Source of the DNA: Octopus bimaculoides
Lineage: Eukaryota
Length of the DNA: 64,000 nt
NCBI RefSeq assembly: GCF_001194135.2
Contig: NC_068992.1
Span: 52,795,477-52,859,476, forward strand
Reading direction: 5' to 3'
Positions within the stretch are counted from its first letter, which is position 1. Each line of letters begins with the position of its first letter. The position numbers and the translations under genes are program-made. This document shows, one piece after another, positions 11,946-23,386 of the stretch. The notes below the pieces were generated by a model. It worked only from the letters and a program-made list of their open reading frames with translations. It did not search any database and was not told the origin of the DNA.

Positions 11946-12131
11946 ACCGTTGACTGAACACTATTCAATTTTTTTTCTCCGTGTTTTTCTCCTTGTCTCC
12001 GTATTCTTTCTGTTGAAGAGCGTAGCTCGAAACGTCAAAGACTTTCCGTATTCCCGAGCGTCATACTAATATATACTTTTGTTATTTACACCACCTGTCC
12101 TCGTCTGTTGTTATTTTTTGTATATTCTCCC
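11943..12131 (+). mobile_element. Solo Penelope-like pseudo-LTR
   Basis: Pyrimidine-rich repeat carrying GAAGAGCGTAGCTCGAAACGTC, the ..GA-hairpin-CGAAACG signature of PLE terminal repeats. It is flanked on both sides by (TA)n. Confidence 0.7.
12005..12041 (+). ncRNA. Minimal type-I hammerhead-ribozyme-like motif (non-canonical core)
   Basis: Stem I UCUUU(12005-9)/AAAGA(12037-41); core CUGUUGA+A; stem II GAGC-GUA-GCUC; GAAA; palindromic loopless stem III ACGU; putative GUC cleavage after 12036. Confidence 0.55.
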
Positions 12132-12600
12132 ATATATATATATATAAAACTATAAAGGATCCTGATTATTGAGATGATTTTAAAATGCCACACTATGCAA
12201 ATGGTATTGTGGACTTCATGCAAGAACGGGCGTATTTTGTATGTTATTTAGGTGACTTAGTGTAACTTGAGAAGCCTGACAAAAACTAGAATAGCACTGC
12301 GTAGGAAATCTGATTCAAGCGAAGTACTTTGTTATGAGATCAACGCTGCTCCATCTATTGTCATTGGAATTAGAAGAAATAGCATGCTGATAATGTACTG
12401 TGAAAGAAATAAATGAACAAAATATAAAAAAAAAGAAAAGAAGAAAGAAAAGAATTATCCATTCAAAAAGGAGGCCTTATGTAAACGAGGCGAACATCAC
12501 TATATAGTAAAGTAAACTATTTACTGCGTCGTTTTGTGAATGAATTTGCCATAAGTTTGTGGTGGTTTCAGCTTAAATGACTATTTGAAAGAATACTTAC

Positions 12601-12736
12601 GCTGTGTCAAAAGAAGTATCTGGTGGCATCAACCCTAATCTGCACCGGTGAAGGTAGAGGTACTTTTCAGTGGGACAGAAGTCATTTGGGATATTCACTC
12701 GATATTTCATGTATAGAATGCCCACTCTGTAATACC
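12601..12736 (-). CDS. Candidate internal exon (GYYRVGILYMKYRVNIPNDFCPTEKYLYLHRCRLGLMPPDTSFDTA)
   Basis: Acceptor AATTATTTTACAG and donor AGC|GTAAGT are both near consensus. Only one of three frames is open (phase 1 to 2), and GC is above background. The LRR resemblance (YLYLxxCxLxxMP) is weak. Confidence 0.4.
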
Positions 12737-13199
12737 CTGTAAAATAATTGGCTAATTAATAGTAAGGGCGGCTATGTAGCCTCAAATTCCACCATGTTCC
12801 AACTAACATATGATAAAGCGTATTCCGACATTTTGACACCACCTGTCTATCAAGAACCAACATGTTAAGTGCTTATTCTATGGCTACTACTATCTAAATA
12901 TCTTTCAGTTGAAAATATATTCCATTTATTTGGCCACTTCGAAATACGTTCGCAAATAGCTACATCAACGATACAAACTGTAAACAGGACAATTAGATGA
13001 TATTTCTAAATACTGAATAATAATTCTTCAAGTGTAATTTCATATTTACTGTAGAAAATATTTCAACACTGCAATCTTGGACCGCCTTCTGAGAATTGCC
13101 ATAATCGGGTTCAAGATACGTTCCTAATCGAAGATCTTCCGTTGGTCCGTAACAGACATTTATAACGCACGTATACATGAATCTTTTAAGGTAAAGAGT

Positions 13200-13390
13200 T
13201 AGCATACCAGGCAAAACACTTAGCCACATTTCGTTCGCTTTTACGTTCTGAATTCAAACCCTGCAGAGGTAGACTTTGCCTTCCATACGTTTGGGTTAAT
13301 AAAATGAGTACCAGTTGAGCACTGGATTTGATGTAATCGACTTACCGCTTCCATCGAAATTGCTGGCCTTGTGAAAAAAAATTAAACCAG
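13200..13390 (+). mobile_element. SINE family C
   Basis: TACGTTCTGAATTC...GAGGTAGACTTTGCCTT...GAGTACCAGTTGAGCACTGG...GATGTAATCGACTT...GCTGGCCTTGTG. Confidence 0.8.
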
Positions 13391-14479
13391 TTATAGAGAA
13401 ATCAGATAAACGGAATGCCATTATTACATTCTAATAACGTTTGAACAGACGTATTGTCTAAGCCTATATGCAGCATCTCAATTACAAAGTCTTTCTCTTT
13501 CTAAATTCTACAACAACGTCTACAGTTAATTCATTCTTCACGTTAAAGATTTAAAACTCCCATCAACTGATAATACAACATTCAGCTTCTAGATTTACGA
13601 AATTCTTGTTATCAACATCAATCTCATTCACTTCGATTCTGAATCGAAAATGGATTTGAGAATCTTCCCTTCTGAAAGATACGGTGAACAGAAAATGAAA
13701 GCACTTAAGCTTCTTATTTGAAATTAGGTCTCGCATTCAACTTACGTAGTCCGTAGTTGATCAAATTTATCTTCATTTGTTGTCATCATTTATACTTAAA
13801 ATATATAATTCCTTACATCACTCACACGAAGACTTCATTTAATCTATTTGTCTTTATGTCTTTAATGTTCTTAAGTAGCCTTGATCACTTCCTTTAGATC
13901 TCAAATTTGCTCCGGAAGTATAGCAACCGATCAAGCATAAGCGACTTATAATCTTTACCGGGATATCGCAGTCTTCACACTGTTTTAAAATTATAATGCA
14001 CAGTATGCTCTATGATACAGTAGTTTCCATGTCAAATGTATCGCGGCACTCATTTCGCTGCATGCTACTGTTATCTTTCTCTTGTAGGCTTTTGTTATGG
14101 AAACCAAGTAGACAAACATCTAAGACACGGCTGCAAAACAAACGAATTTTTGAGCTCCTCTTGAATCCCTGTCTACCCATTACACTTCTGCCAAAAATAT
14201 CAAACTATTGCTGCCATAGTTTTACCTGTTTATATATAAGAATTAATTATAGAATGTGTTCAGTATGACCTGGTTACATCTCAATAGTTTTAGAAGAGTT
14301 TTGACATATTACGGATGTTCAATTGTCAGGCAAGTGATACGGCTTGAAGCTTTGTGTTGAAACTTACACGTTTGCAACTCGGAAGGCACGTGTTTGCCAT
14401 TCAAAATCTCTTAAATACTCTTAAAAATTTATTGTTTGTAACATGAGGTCAAAATTGGTATCTTTTATTATTTTCCACC

Positions 14480-14650
14480 CACTTTTCATCCGTCTTTACG
14501 TTCTAAGTTCAGATTCTGTCGAAGTCGACTCCGAAGTCGACATTTATCCTTTCGGGGTCGATGAAATAAGTACCAGTAGAGAGCTGGGGTAGATGTAATT
14601 GGCATGCCACTTCCTCGAAATTGCTGGTCTTGTGCCAACATTTGAAGCTA
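14480..14650 (+). mobile_element. SINE family C
   Basis: CCGTCTTTACGTTCT...CCTTTCGGGGTCGATGAAATAAGTACCAG...GCTGGTCTTGTGCCAA. Confidence 0.8.
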
Positions 14651-17477
14651 GCATTTTATTGAACACAGTTGCGTACAGATGATGCAAAAACACACCAAAC
14701 AGGAACATCAGCAAAATCAGAAAGGAGCAAGAACATTATAAACTATGAAGTTCTACCATATTACGTAACATCTTTTCGATTATAACCGTGTGTGATTTAC
14801 TTATAGGAAACTATCCAGTTGTAAATTACAATTTCACCACTATTATTATAGATTTAAATAATTATATATTTATTGAAGTCGATCTAAATATATTCTAAAG
14901 CACATGAGAAATTAAACGTCAGGCATAATAAACTTTAATGCAAATAATTATAGATTTTTACAAACTGATCTTTGGCATAGAAAATATATACAAAAGACAA
15001 TAACAATACGATATTTTTATATTAAGTTGCAGCAGAATATTCCAGAATGTTTTATTCTTTAGATCTAAAATTATACTGAGATATGATATTACTCATGGTA
15101 ATCTGATCAGTTGAAAGTATTGTGAATACAAAATATCAGTTGAAAGAATCTATACCCGTATTTTCTTAAGATATGCATACTGGAATGACAGGTGAAAATG
15201 GGGGGGGGGGGAATATATAACGCATTATGATATCAAAACGTTCGCGATAACAAGATACTGTACATAATTTATGGCTGCTTGAGATTGCGAATAACAAGAC
15301 GTGCGTAAGATGTGTTGGCATCGAACTTAGAAATGATAGAAGGTCGAAAGAATAAAATGTAATATGTTTGGTATTAACATAAAGCTAGTAGTGATTTGTA
15401 TTTCCTTTTTAGAACGTCAGGATGTATTCTTGTGTAGTTGTTAGTTCTATTGATCCAAAAATATATTTTGGTTAGGATCGACAGCTGTTGAGTCTTGTTT
15501 AACTGTTTGTCTGAGAAGTTGTTTATCGCGGAGGATTAACATTTGCTGAGAAAATATTATCATACTTTGCCAGAATGAAAGCTTGGAGAAAAATTTTTTG
15601 AAGAATATCCAAAGTGACGATTATATAATTTTGGGTTTGTTTTTATAGTAACACACGAACTGCAGATCTAGAATCTTGTGTATATATGTATATATGTTTT
15701 AATTTAATTTCAATCAAAATCCTTCAGCTTACACAAGATACCTGTTTTTGCTTCGTTCCTGGCTTCAGTCTTTCTTTTTCGATTATGTGGAATAGATTAA
15801 ATAAACACCTTCATATTTATTTACTTGCGATTCGGTGTTTATTTTACTTGTAATAGATTTGTACATATCGAAATCCAATTTATTGAATTAGAAGTTTTAT
15901 GTTTTATTTGAAAACGTATGTTTTCAGAAATAAAATAAATATATTTTATCTGATCTTCTCCTTTTAAGTAGCTTGGTCTAAAAAAAAAACCAAACAAAAA
16001 AGATCCTTTATTTATCACTGCTTCTATTGAGTGACGGACTGTGCTCCTTGATCATATTAAATTCTTATTAGCACATATGAATTAAATCCCTAGGATTTCA
16101 TATCAAACTGATTTGAAGGTTGATAGGGATATATGTGGGGAATATTTTGCGGGTACAATGATAGGGCTTAGTGCTAAATACCCTTAAAATAGACAGCGAA
16201 AGAAGAAGGGTGAAGTATGGTTTATAAGTTACAATGGAGAAAAAATTCACTCAGCTTGGTACTTAGAAATAAATAAACTTAAGGTATGTTACAGATTAGC
16301 TTTCAAAATAAAAAATTGTGAAAATAAGTATTGTACTAGAGATAATTTGTAGTCTAAAGGGTGGTATCTTGCTAGTAGAACGCTGGACTAAATATTTTAG
16401 GTGTTTTGATTCTCTTATCTGTGCTATGAGTCCAAGTCTATCACGGTTTGATATTTGCCTCTCAGTTAGTTCTATATTGATGAACATATTTCCTATAATT
16501 GTTTCATTATATGTGTTATTTAACTACAAAATATATCAACATTGTGTAAAAGAAATTAAACGCAGATTGGTAACATATATGTAGCTGGTCGCTAGCAACT
16601 GGGTGGCTGTTTTAATCTTTAATTGAAGTAACTTTCCACACCTATATAACGTTGCCACTACAAAATAATGGCCTTCATGCCTTCACTTCAGCTCTCTTCT
16701 CATATAACACAGCAAGCACATTTATCATATGACTGTGGTTATTGATATCATGCCTTTCTAACTTTTACTAAACCTTGTCTAATTTATTTATGTATTATAA
16801 ACCAAACAGCGGTGGTGCTTCTTTGTAAATGTTCAACCGTTAGAGAATAGCAAACTAAAATAAAACCAGCAAGCACTCTGAAATTTGAAAAATAAATGAG
16901 CCTCAAACGATACAGTCCTAATTAAAACCAGTTTGAAAATAATAATATGATTATATATTCGTTTGATCAGCAACGCTGTAACCAACATTTTATTCTTCAG
17001 TTGTACTTGTCTGTCTTTTCATGAAATAGACAGCGAAAGAAAAACAGCAGTCATCACTATTTTTCAGTGTCTCTCACCTATCTTTATGCCTGAAATTGTC
17101 CCGAATTTTCATAACGGATTGCACACTGCCAAAAGCTAGGTACAGCGTGTAAACCTAGCGACACATTTAGCGTGTCATATTGTTAAGACTGGTGTTTAGT
17201 GGTTTATGTACAAACATTATCTTCCAGCATTACCGAATTCAAAACAACCGAGTCGTACAGTATACACCTTATATTTAATTCCACACCACATCAGCTAAAT
17301 GAAATGAGGTACTGAAATACATTTAGTTTAGGCATTCAATGCAGTGTGGATAATATATCGTACGGACGCATTTGCATACATAGAATTACGTGTTATTCAG
17401 TCTGTACGTAAGTGTGTGTATGTGTGTATCTGTGTGTATTTTCTCACTATCGATTACTTATATGATCAGCTTAACCT

Positions 17478-17788
17478 GGCTCTCCGTCAGTTACAACGAC
17501 GAGAATTCCAGTGGATCCGATCGAAGGAACAGCCTGCCCGAGAAATTACCGTGACTGAGCACTCCACAGAGACGCAAACCTGTAATGTAGTCCTCAGGGA
17601 GATTCATCGTGACACAGTGTGACAAGTTGGTCTTTGAAATACAGATAATACTCATTTTTTGACAGCTGAGTGGACTGGAGCAACGTGAAATAAAGTGTCT
17701 TGCTCAAGGACACTACGCGGCAGTGAGAATCGAATTCATGATAAATCGATCATAAACGAAATACCATAATCACTAAACCACGCGCCTC
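17478..17788 (-). mobile_element. SINE family B (tRNA head + CORE-like domain, OR2-like)
   Basis: The reverse complement has a GGCGCGTGGTTTAGTG head and GTGTCCTTGAGCAAGACACTTTATTTCACGTTGCTCCAGTCCACTCAGCTG (CORE-like). Its 3' half is shared with 55395-55785. The OR2 name is from memory of described octopus SINEs and is unverified. Confidence 0.8.
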
Positions 17789-17974
17789 CTCACTAATATG
17801 AACACACGTACGATATTACAAAACTTAGTCATGAGAATATATGCGGTGAAGAACACACACATAAATGTACATCCCTGTGTAAGCATGCGCACACGAAATA
17901 TGTAAAGAAAACGGCTTATCGTCAACATTTATTTGGGTTCAATCACGTTTTAACATTGTTAACATTTTAATTAG

Positions 17975-18115
17975 CCGACACTATCGACCTCAGTACGACA
18001 GCAGTGCTTTATTGTATCGGTTCTAAAAAGATAGAAAGGAAGGTTGATCTCGGCTGAATTTCATTGCAGAGTTTAAAGAGCAGATATAATCCAGTCAGCT
18101 CGCTGACATTTTCCC
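17975..18115 (-). mobile_element. SINE family C, old remnant
   Basis: TATCGACCTCAGTAC...GAAAGGAAGGTTGATCTCGGCTGAATTT...CAGCTCGC resembles the reverse complement of family C. Confidence 0.5.
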
Positions 18116-19743
18116 TTCATCATACATTGTAAGTTTTTAACAAAAGGAAAGGCAAAACAAAGATCAGAGGAGGCAATGGATAATATATTCTTATATGAAA
18201 TATAGAATCACTGTAATATAATTTGATCATAAATTTGGAAGAATGCGATCGTCCTGGGGCTAAACAGCAACAATAACAAACAAGTCACCATCAACCGCAA
18301 CAGCAAGAATGGCTATTCAAGTTATTATTTTAACAAAAAGAATAGATATAAACTAGAATGCGATGGGATTTTCTTGAACGTTCTACATGGAAGATTTCAA
18401 TACAGCAATGTAATGAATCTCTTGAAGCTGTGTTTTAGTTATCTCAGCCAATATCATATTACCAAAGGCATGAAACAAGCATATACAATAAGGGGGAAAT
18501 TTTGTTTCAATCTAAACTATTGCATTGCTGGAGCTTATGGAGTTCAGCCTGCTATGAAAAGAAACTGAAGAGATAAAATGAACGAAAAGTTCAGTACAAT
18601 AGGACCAGAAAGTATATTAACCGCTGTTCAGTTATACTTGCTAAAATCTCATCGGAAAACACAAACTGAGGATTCCTGTAGTTCTTTTATTTATATATTT
18701 ATTTTGATATACAGATAATTTTTTAACTATTATTTTGTCACGAAGAAATAAACATTTATATCGAAAATAATAAAATAGAAATTAGAAATGATAACTTGTT
18801 TTGTTTTGTTTTGTTCTTTTTTTGTATATATTTCGGATGGCAAAAACATTTTTTTCAGAACAAAAGGTGGCAGAATATAATCTTGTATTTTATAGTCGAT
18901 CACCTGAAATCTTGGAAAAGATAAAAATACTGAAAACAAAAACCTCGGTGAAATAGACCTGCCACTAGACTGTTTATAAAATATATGTTAGAAAAGAGGA
19001 AAGAAAAAGGAGGTGGAGGGAGCGGGAGAGAGAGAGAGAGAGAGTGAGACAATAAAGGAGAAAAAGAGAAAAAAGACGAAAAAATAAATAAATCAAGTCG
19101 AATTGAAAAATTATTTATAATCTTTTGTAGTGAAACTGGGCAAAATACATACAGCACTGCTTGAGATGTGTTTAAATTTATCTGAAGTCACTAAAACATT
19201 CACATAAATATCATACACGCATACAGACATACATTTTGCATACACACAGACACACACGCACTCAATCACAAGACACACGTTAACAAATACCAGAACCAAC
19301 AGTAGTAAATCACACGCACCGACTTACATACATAGATTCATGTGTCAGTCTGTGTGCATGTGAGAGTGTGTGTTTGTGTATGCGCATTTGTGTGTGTGTG
19401 TGCGTGTGTGCGTTTGAATGTATGTACATTTCTCTGCTAACAATTACTGATATAGACACAAGTACGACATTGCAAAGCGCAGTCATAAAAATATACGCCG
19501 TAAAGAAATATACACATAAAGCCATCCTTGCGTAATGATACACACACTCTAACACACACTAACAGACAATATAAATTTTAAACTTATAAACACACACATA
19601 TGACGTACATACACCTACACAACAATCATATATATAGATGTGTATGATTACATTTTCTTGTATACATATATAGAGACGCATTCATATATGTGTGTATATC
19701 TATATATGTATATATAAACATACACAGACATTTATATATATAA

Positions 19744-19782
<39 letters not shown>

Positions 19783-20062
19783 TTGTGGGTATGTGCGTGT
19801 GTGTGTGTGTGCGCGTCTGTGGATATGTGCGCATGTGAGTGTGTTTATATATATATAGACATACATGTGTTTATGTGCGTGTGCGAGTGTTTGTGTAGAG
19901 TGGCAGGGTGAGGAGGAGATTACATCAATATTCGTGCAAAAACAAAGTGCTCAAAGGACACTGATATTCACAATCGTATGACTGTGTATTGCTTATATAC
20001 ATTGTATATATACTGTATATGCATGTGTGTGTACATAGATGGATGTACAGATACATATATAC

Positions 20063-20106
<44 letters not shown>

Positions 20107-20900
20107 GTATATACATATACACATGCACTTGTATATATACATATACATATATATGTATGTAAGTTTATTATATGTAGTAAAATTAAAATGTGTATGTAGT
20201 TAAATATTTGCCAAAACAGATATTTAGAACATTGTTTACGCGTGTGTACAAATACGTTTACGTTATACGTGTGTGGGTATGTGTGAGTGTTTCTGTGTAT
20301 GTGTGTGTGTGTGTATATATATATTTCTGTATATATGTACGAGTGTGTGTACATGTGTGAATTTGTGTTTTATTGTGTATTTCTGTGGATGACAATTCAA
20401 ATATATACTGAAGGAAATAGTTAAATGTTGTAATAAAACACTACGAAATCAATGACTGTCAATTGTGTATAAAACAGCCAGGATACAATATTGTATTGAT
20501 ATATAATCAATTCTATGTAACTTCGAACAATGGAAAGAGCAAGAGCTCGAATAATGATAGAATCACAAGTAAAATTATAAATTTTATGTTGTTATAATAC
20601 GTGTGAGGGACGTACGTCCATTTATTTTGATTCGCTTCAGATGATTTGAAAAACTAAAATATTTAGTGATCGACATCGATTATGAACACGATCGACATCG
20701 ATAACAAAAGCTACCAACACATTACCACCCACCAACTTCTCTACTACCGTAAATAATGCAAAGTCACTATCACCATCGACACAACAATCTATACATTACA
20801 AGTGTAACTACAAATGCCATCACCATCTGATTTATTTTCTCATACACTGCGTCATCAACAACGTCACCATCATCATCATTATTATCATCATTAACCTCAC

Positions 20901-21159
20901 CATTGTAAAGGATACCAAAACTAAGAGTGTCACTCAAGCAGCTAGATATATCGGTTAAATCTCTGGGGGTTACTTCGGATGATGTAGTTTTTACCAGGTT
21001 TAAAGACGTTATGGTTAGTAGCGGATCTATTGGATCGTAGATCTGGGCGAGTAATTTTGATATTGCAGACTCACGAGTCAATTTCGAGATTTGAGGCAAG
21101 TCTGGTCCTTTGACTTTGAGTTTGTATAAAAGCATAACAACCATTATCGTCACAACAAT
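20901..21159 (-). CDS. Candidate exon(s) in a 128-codon ORF (IVVTIMVVMLLYKLKVKGPDLPQ...SFGILYNG)
   Basis: Acceptor TCACTTCTTACGTATAG at 21160 and donor AATG|GTGAGG at 20900. An internal donor GACTC|GTGAGT (21074) and acceptor CCCCCAG (20963) allow an alternative two-exon reading. Confidence 0.4.
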
Positions 21160-21249
21160 CTATACGTAAGAAGTGATAGGTCTAATGCAATTTAGATCTG
21201 ACCTCCTGTCTCATACATTAATTTTAACAACGTCACACATAAATATCGG

Positions 21250-21348
21250 ATAGGAAGCGTTTTGGACAACGCGTCACCTGGGCCAGGAATCGAAACCACA
21301 ATCTGACGACATAAAACCAGCACTCTAACGACTAAGCCACGCGTCTCT
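21250..21348 (-). mobile_element. tRNA-derived SINE head remnant (family B-like)
   Basis: The reverse complement GACGCGTGGCTTAGTCGTTAGAGTGCTGG...GTGGTTTCGATTCCTGG has A and B boxes. Confidence 0.65.
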
Positions 21349-22013
21349 ACCACATAGACCCTATATATTTTTTACCGACTTTGATAGACCCGATATGTTT
21401 TTTTTCCGACACTGCCAGTTCACCACCTCCAAATTCACATATAAAAATGCACTACTATGGTGATATATGATGTGGAAAATAAATGTTATTGAATAAAACA
21501 TGCGATTGGATAAATTTTCAATAAACATTAAAATATTTAAAAAGTAAAGGTTAATAGGTGATTAACTTAAAAATAAATTATAAAAGCCATACAATAAGAT
21601 TGAGTAAAGTAATTATCGTGCACAAAGCCATAAAAATGAAATGTGGTTTGATAAAAAATGTAAAGTTATTAAATGGTAAGTAAAATATAATAATTATGCA
21701 AAAATCATGTATGGATGAAAAGTATATATTAACATACAATATCAAAATATGAAATGGCAAACTTTAGAGGTAATTGCGGGGCAATGTATCAAAACAAATA
21801 TCAAATATTAAATATTAAACAAATGTACACCTAAATGACAGAGTAATGTGCTACTGATCAAGTATATATTAAGGTGCTTGCTTTCATAGAGATAAAATTT
21901 TAGATTTTAAATTCAAGCACTAGACTACGATTCAGGATTAACTTAGTAACATTCAATGTCTCCTGGCGAAATAAGTTTCAACAAAACTGTTAAAATTCTC
22001 TTTTTGATTTTAC

Positions 22014-22160
22014 TCGTATAGTCTGAAAAGACTGTACTTTGCTGGTCCAATGAACTTTGCTGGTCCAATGAACTTTGCTGGTCCAATGAACTTTGCTGCT
22101 CCTCCGAGAGCGTTGAGATTGGTGCTATTAATATGTGTTTAACACTGGGCAGATCAACAC
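22014..22160 (-). CDS. Candidate symmetric exon encoding (QSSLDQ)x3
   Basis: Strong acceptor CTCGTCTCTTTCCTGCAG, 147 nt, phase 1 to 1, reading GVDLPSVKHILIAPISTLSEEQQSSLDQQSSLDQQSSLDQQSTVFSDYT. The donor A|GTAAAA is moderate. Confidence 0.4.
22036..22102. repeat. 18-bp tandem repeat ACTTTGCTGGTCCAATGA x3 plus partial copy
   Basis: Three identical units at 22036, 22054 and 22072 and a partial fourth at 22090. Confidence 0.95.
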
Positions 22161-22575
22161 CTGCAGGAAAGAGACGAGCATGGAAGTGATACTAGAGGTC
22201 CGAGGTCGTGGCAAGGAAGGATAAATAATAATAGTTATTGTAGTTTAGATGCGCCAATAGTAAAAAAACAAACAAGCGTATTACGGGAGTGCCAAAGCCG
22301 ATAAATAGAATCCATTATAGTAGCCGCAAAGAAGGTAGAATAAGAGGCAGACTGCATGTGCGTAAGAAAATGGTCTGTTAGCGACTGAATACCAGTTAGT
22401 CGATTGGTTCTACTTTAGATGCATTCCAGGATGTCTATGTACGTCCCATTAGCGTCCTAGATATATATATATATATATATANNNNNNNNNNAGATATGCG
22501 TATACATATGTGTGTGTGCGCGCAAGAAATATAGTTATATATATTATATTATATATTATTGTATATACATATATG

Positions 22576-22756
22576 TAGGCGCAGGAGTGGCTGTGTGGTA
22601 GGTAGCTTGCTTACCAACCACATGGTTCCGGGTTCATTCCCACTGCGTGGCACCTTGGGCTAGTGTCTCCTACTATAGCCTTAGGCCGACCAAAGCCTTG
22701 TGAGTGGATTTGGTAGACGGAAACTGAAAGAAGCCCGTCGTATATATGTATATATA
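22576..22756 (+). mobile_element. SINE family A, young 5' half ending at the internal TA tract
   Basis: Near-identical to 53345-53520. No 3' half follows. Confidence 0.9.
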
Positions 22757-23346
22757 GATATTTTTTGATGGCAGTCAAGCATATATGTAAAATGCAATTT
22801 CATGTATTGCATCTGAATGTATTTCATCTAACAGGTGATTCAAAGTATCAAATGTGTATTTATTGGCATTAATTATACTAATAATATACGATGGAAAAAT
22901 GGTATTTAGTTATCTTTATAAAATACACTCTTAGCGGAATATGAGAAATTTCGTTAAACGAGGTTGGCACACCGACCGAGTTCGTGATTATTATTTAGTG
23001 AAGTCATTATTAGTAACAGTTTTTGTGACATATTTGTCCAAGGAAAAACCGGGGTGTACAGAGTTATAATGGAACTCGGGGCTATGACCTCATCACCTTA
23101 CACTTTTGGATATGCATTGTCCAAAACTCCATACTTCTTAAGATAGTATATTGTGATTTGAAGGACAATTGGCCGGTGAGTCTAGCAACTCAAGATAGTT
23201 TTCAACACTTCCTATGTATTGACTATTGTTGCTGCTATCGTTGTTTAGCTCTACATAAACCCGATCGAGCTGACCATGATCGAAGGTATTCCAACCGCTT
23301 TTATCTGAATTGCTCCCTAGCGAATTGTTTCAAGGAGTACATCGCC

Positions 23347-23386
<40 letters not shown>

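Noticed and set aside
20668-20702. GATCGACATCGAT direct repeat x2
   Set aside because: Only two short units with no context; not a CRISPR-like or otherwise interpretable array.
21020-21090. AQIYDP motif resembling BEL/Pao pol (ILSxIAxIYDPLG)
   Set aside because: The flanking Pao motifs (LGxxW, LW..WD, YVDD) are absent, so the similarity is too short to support.
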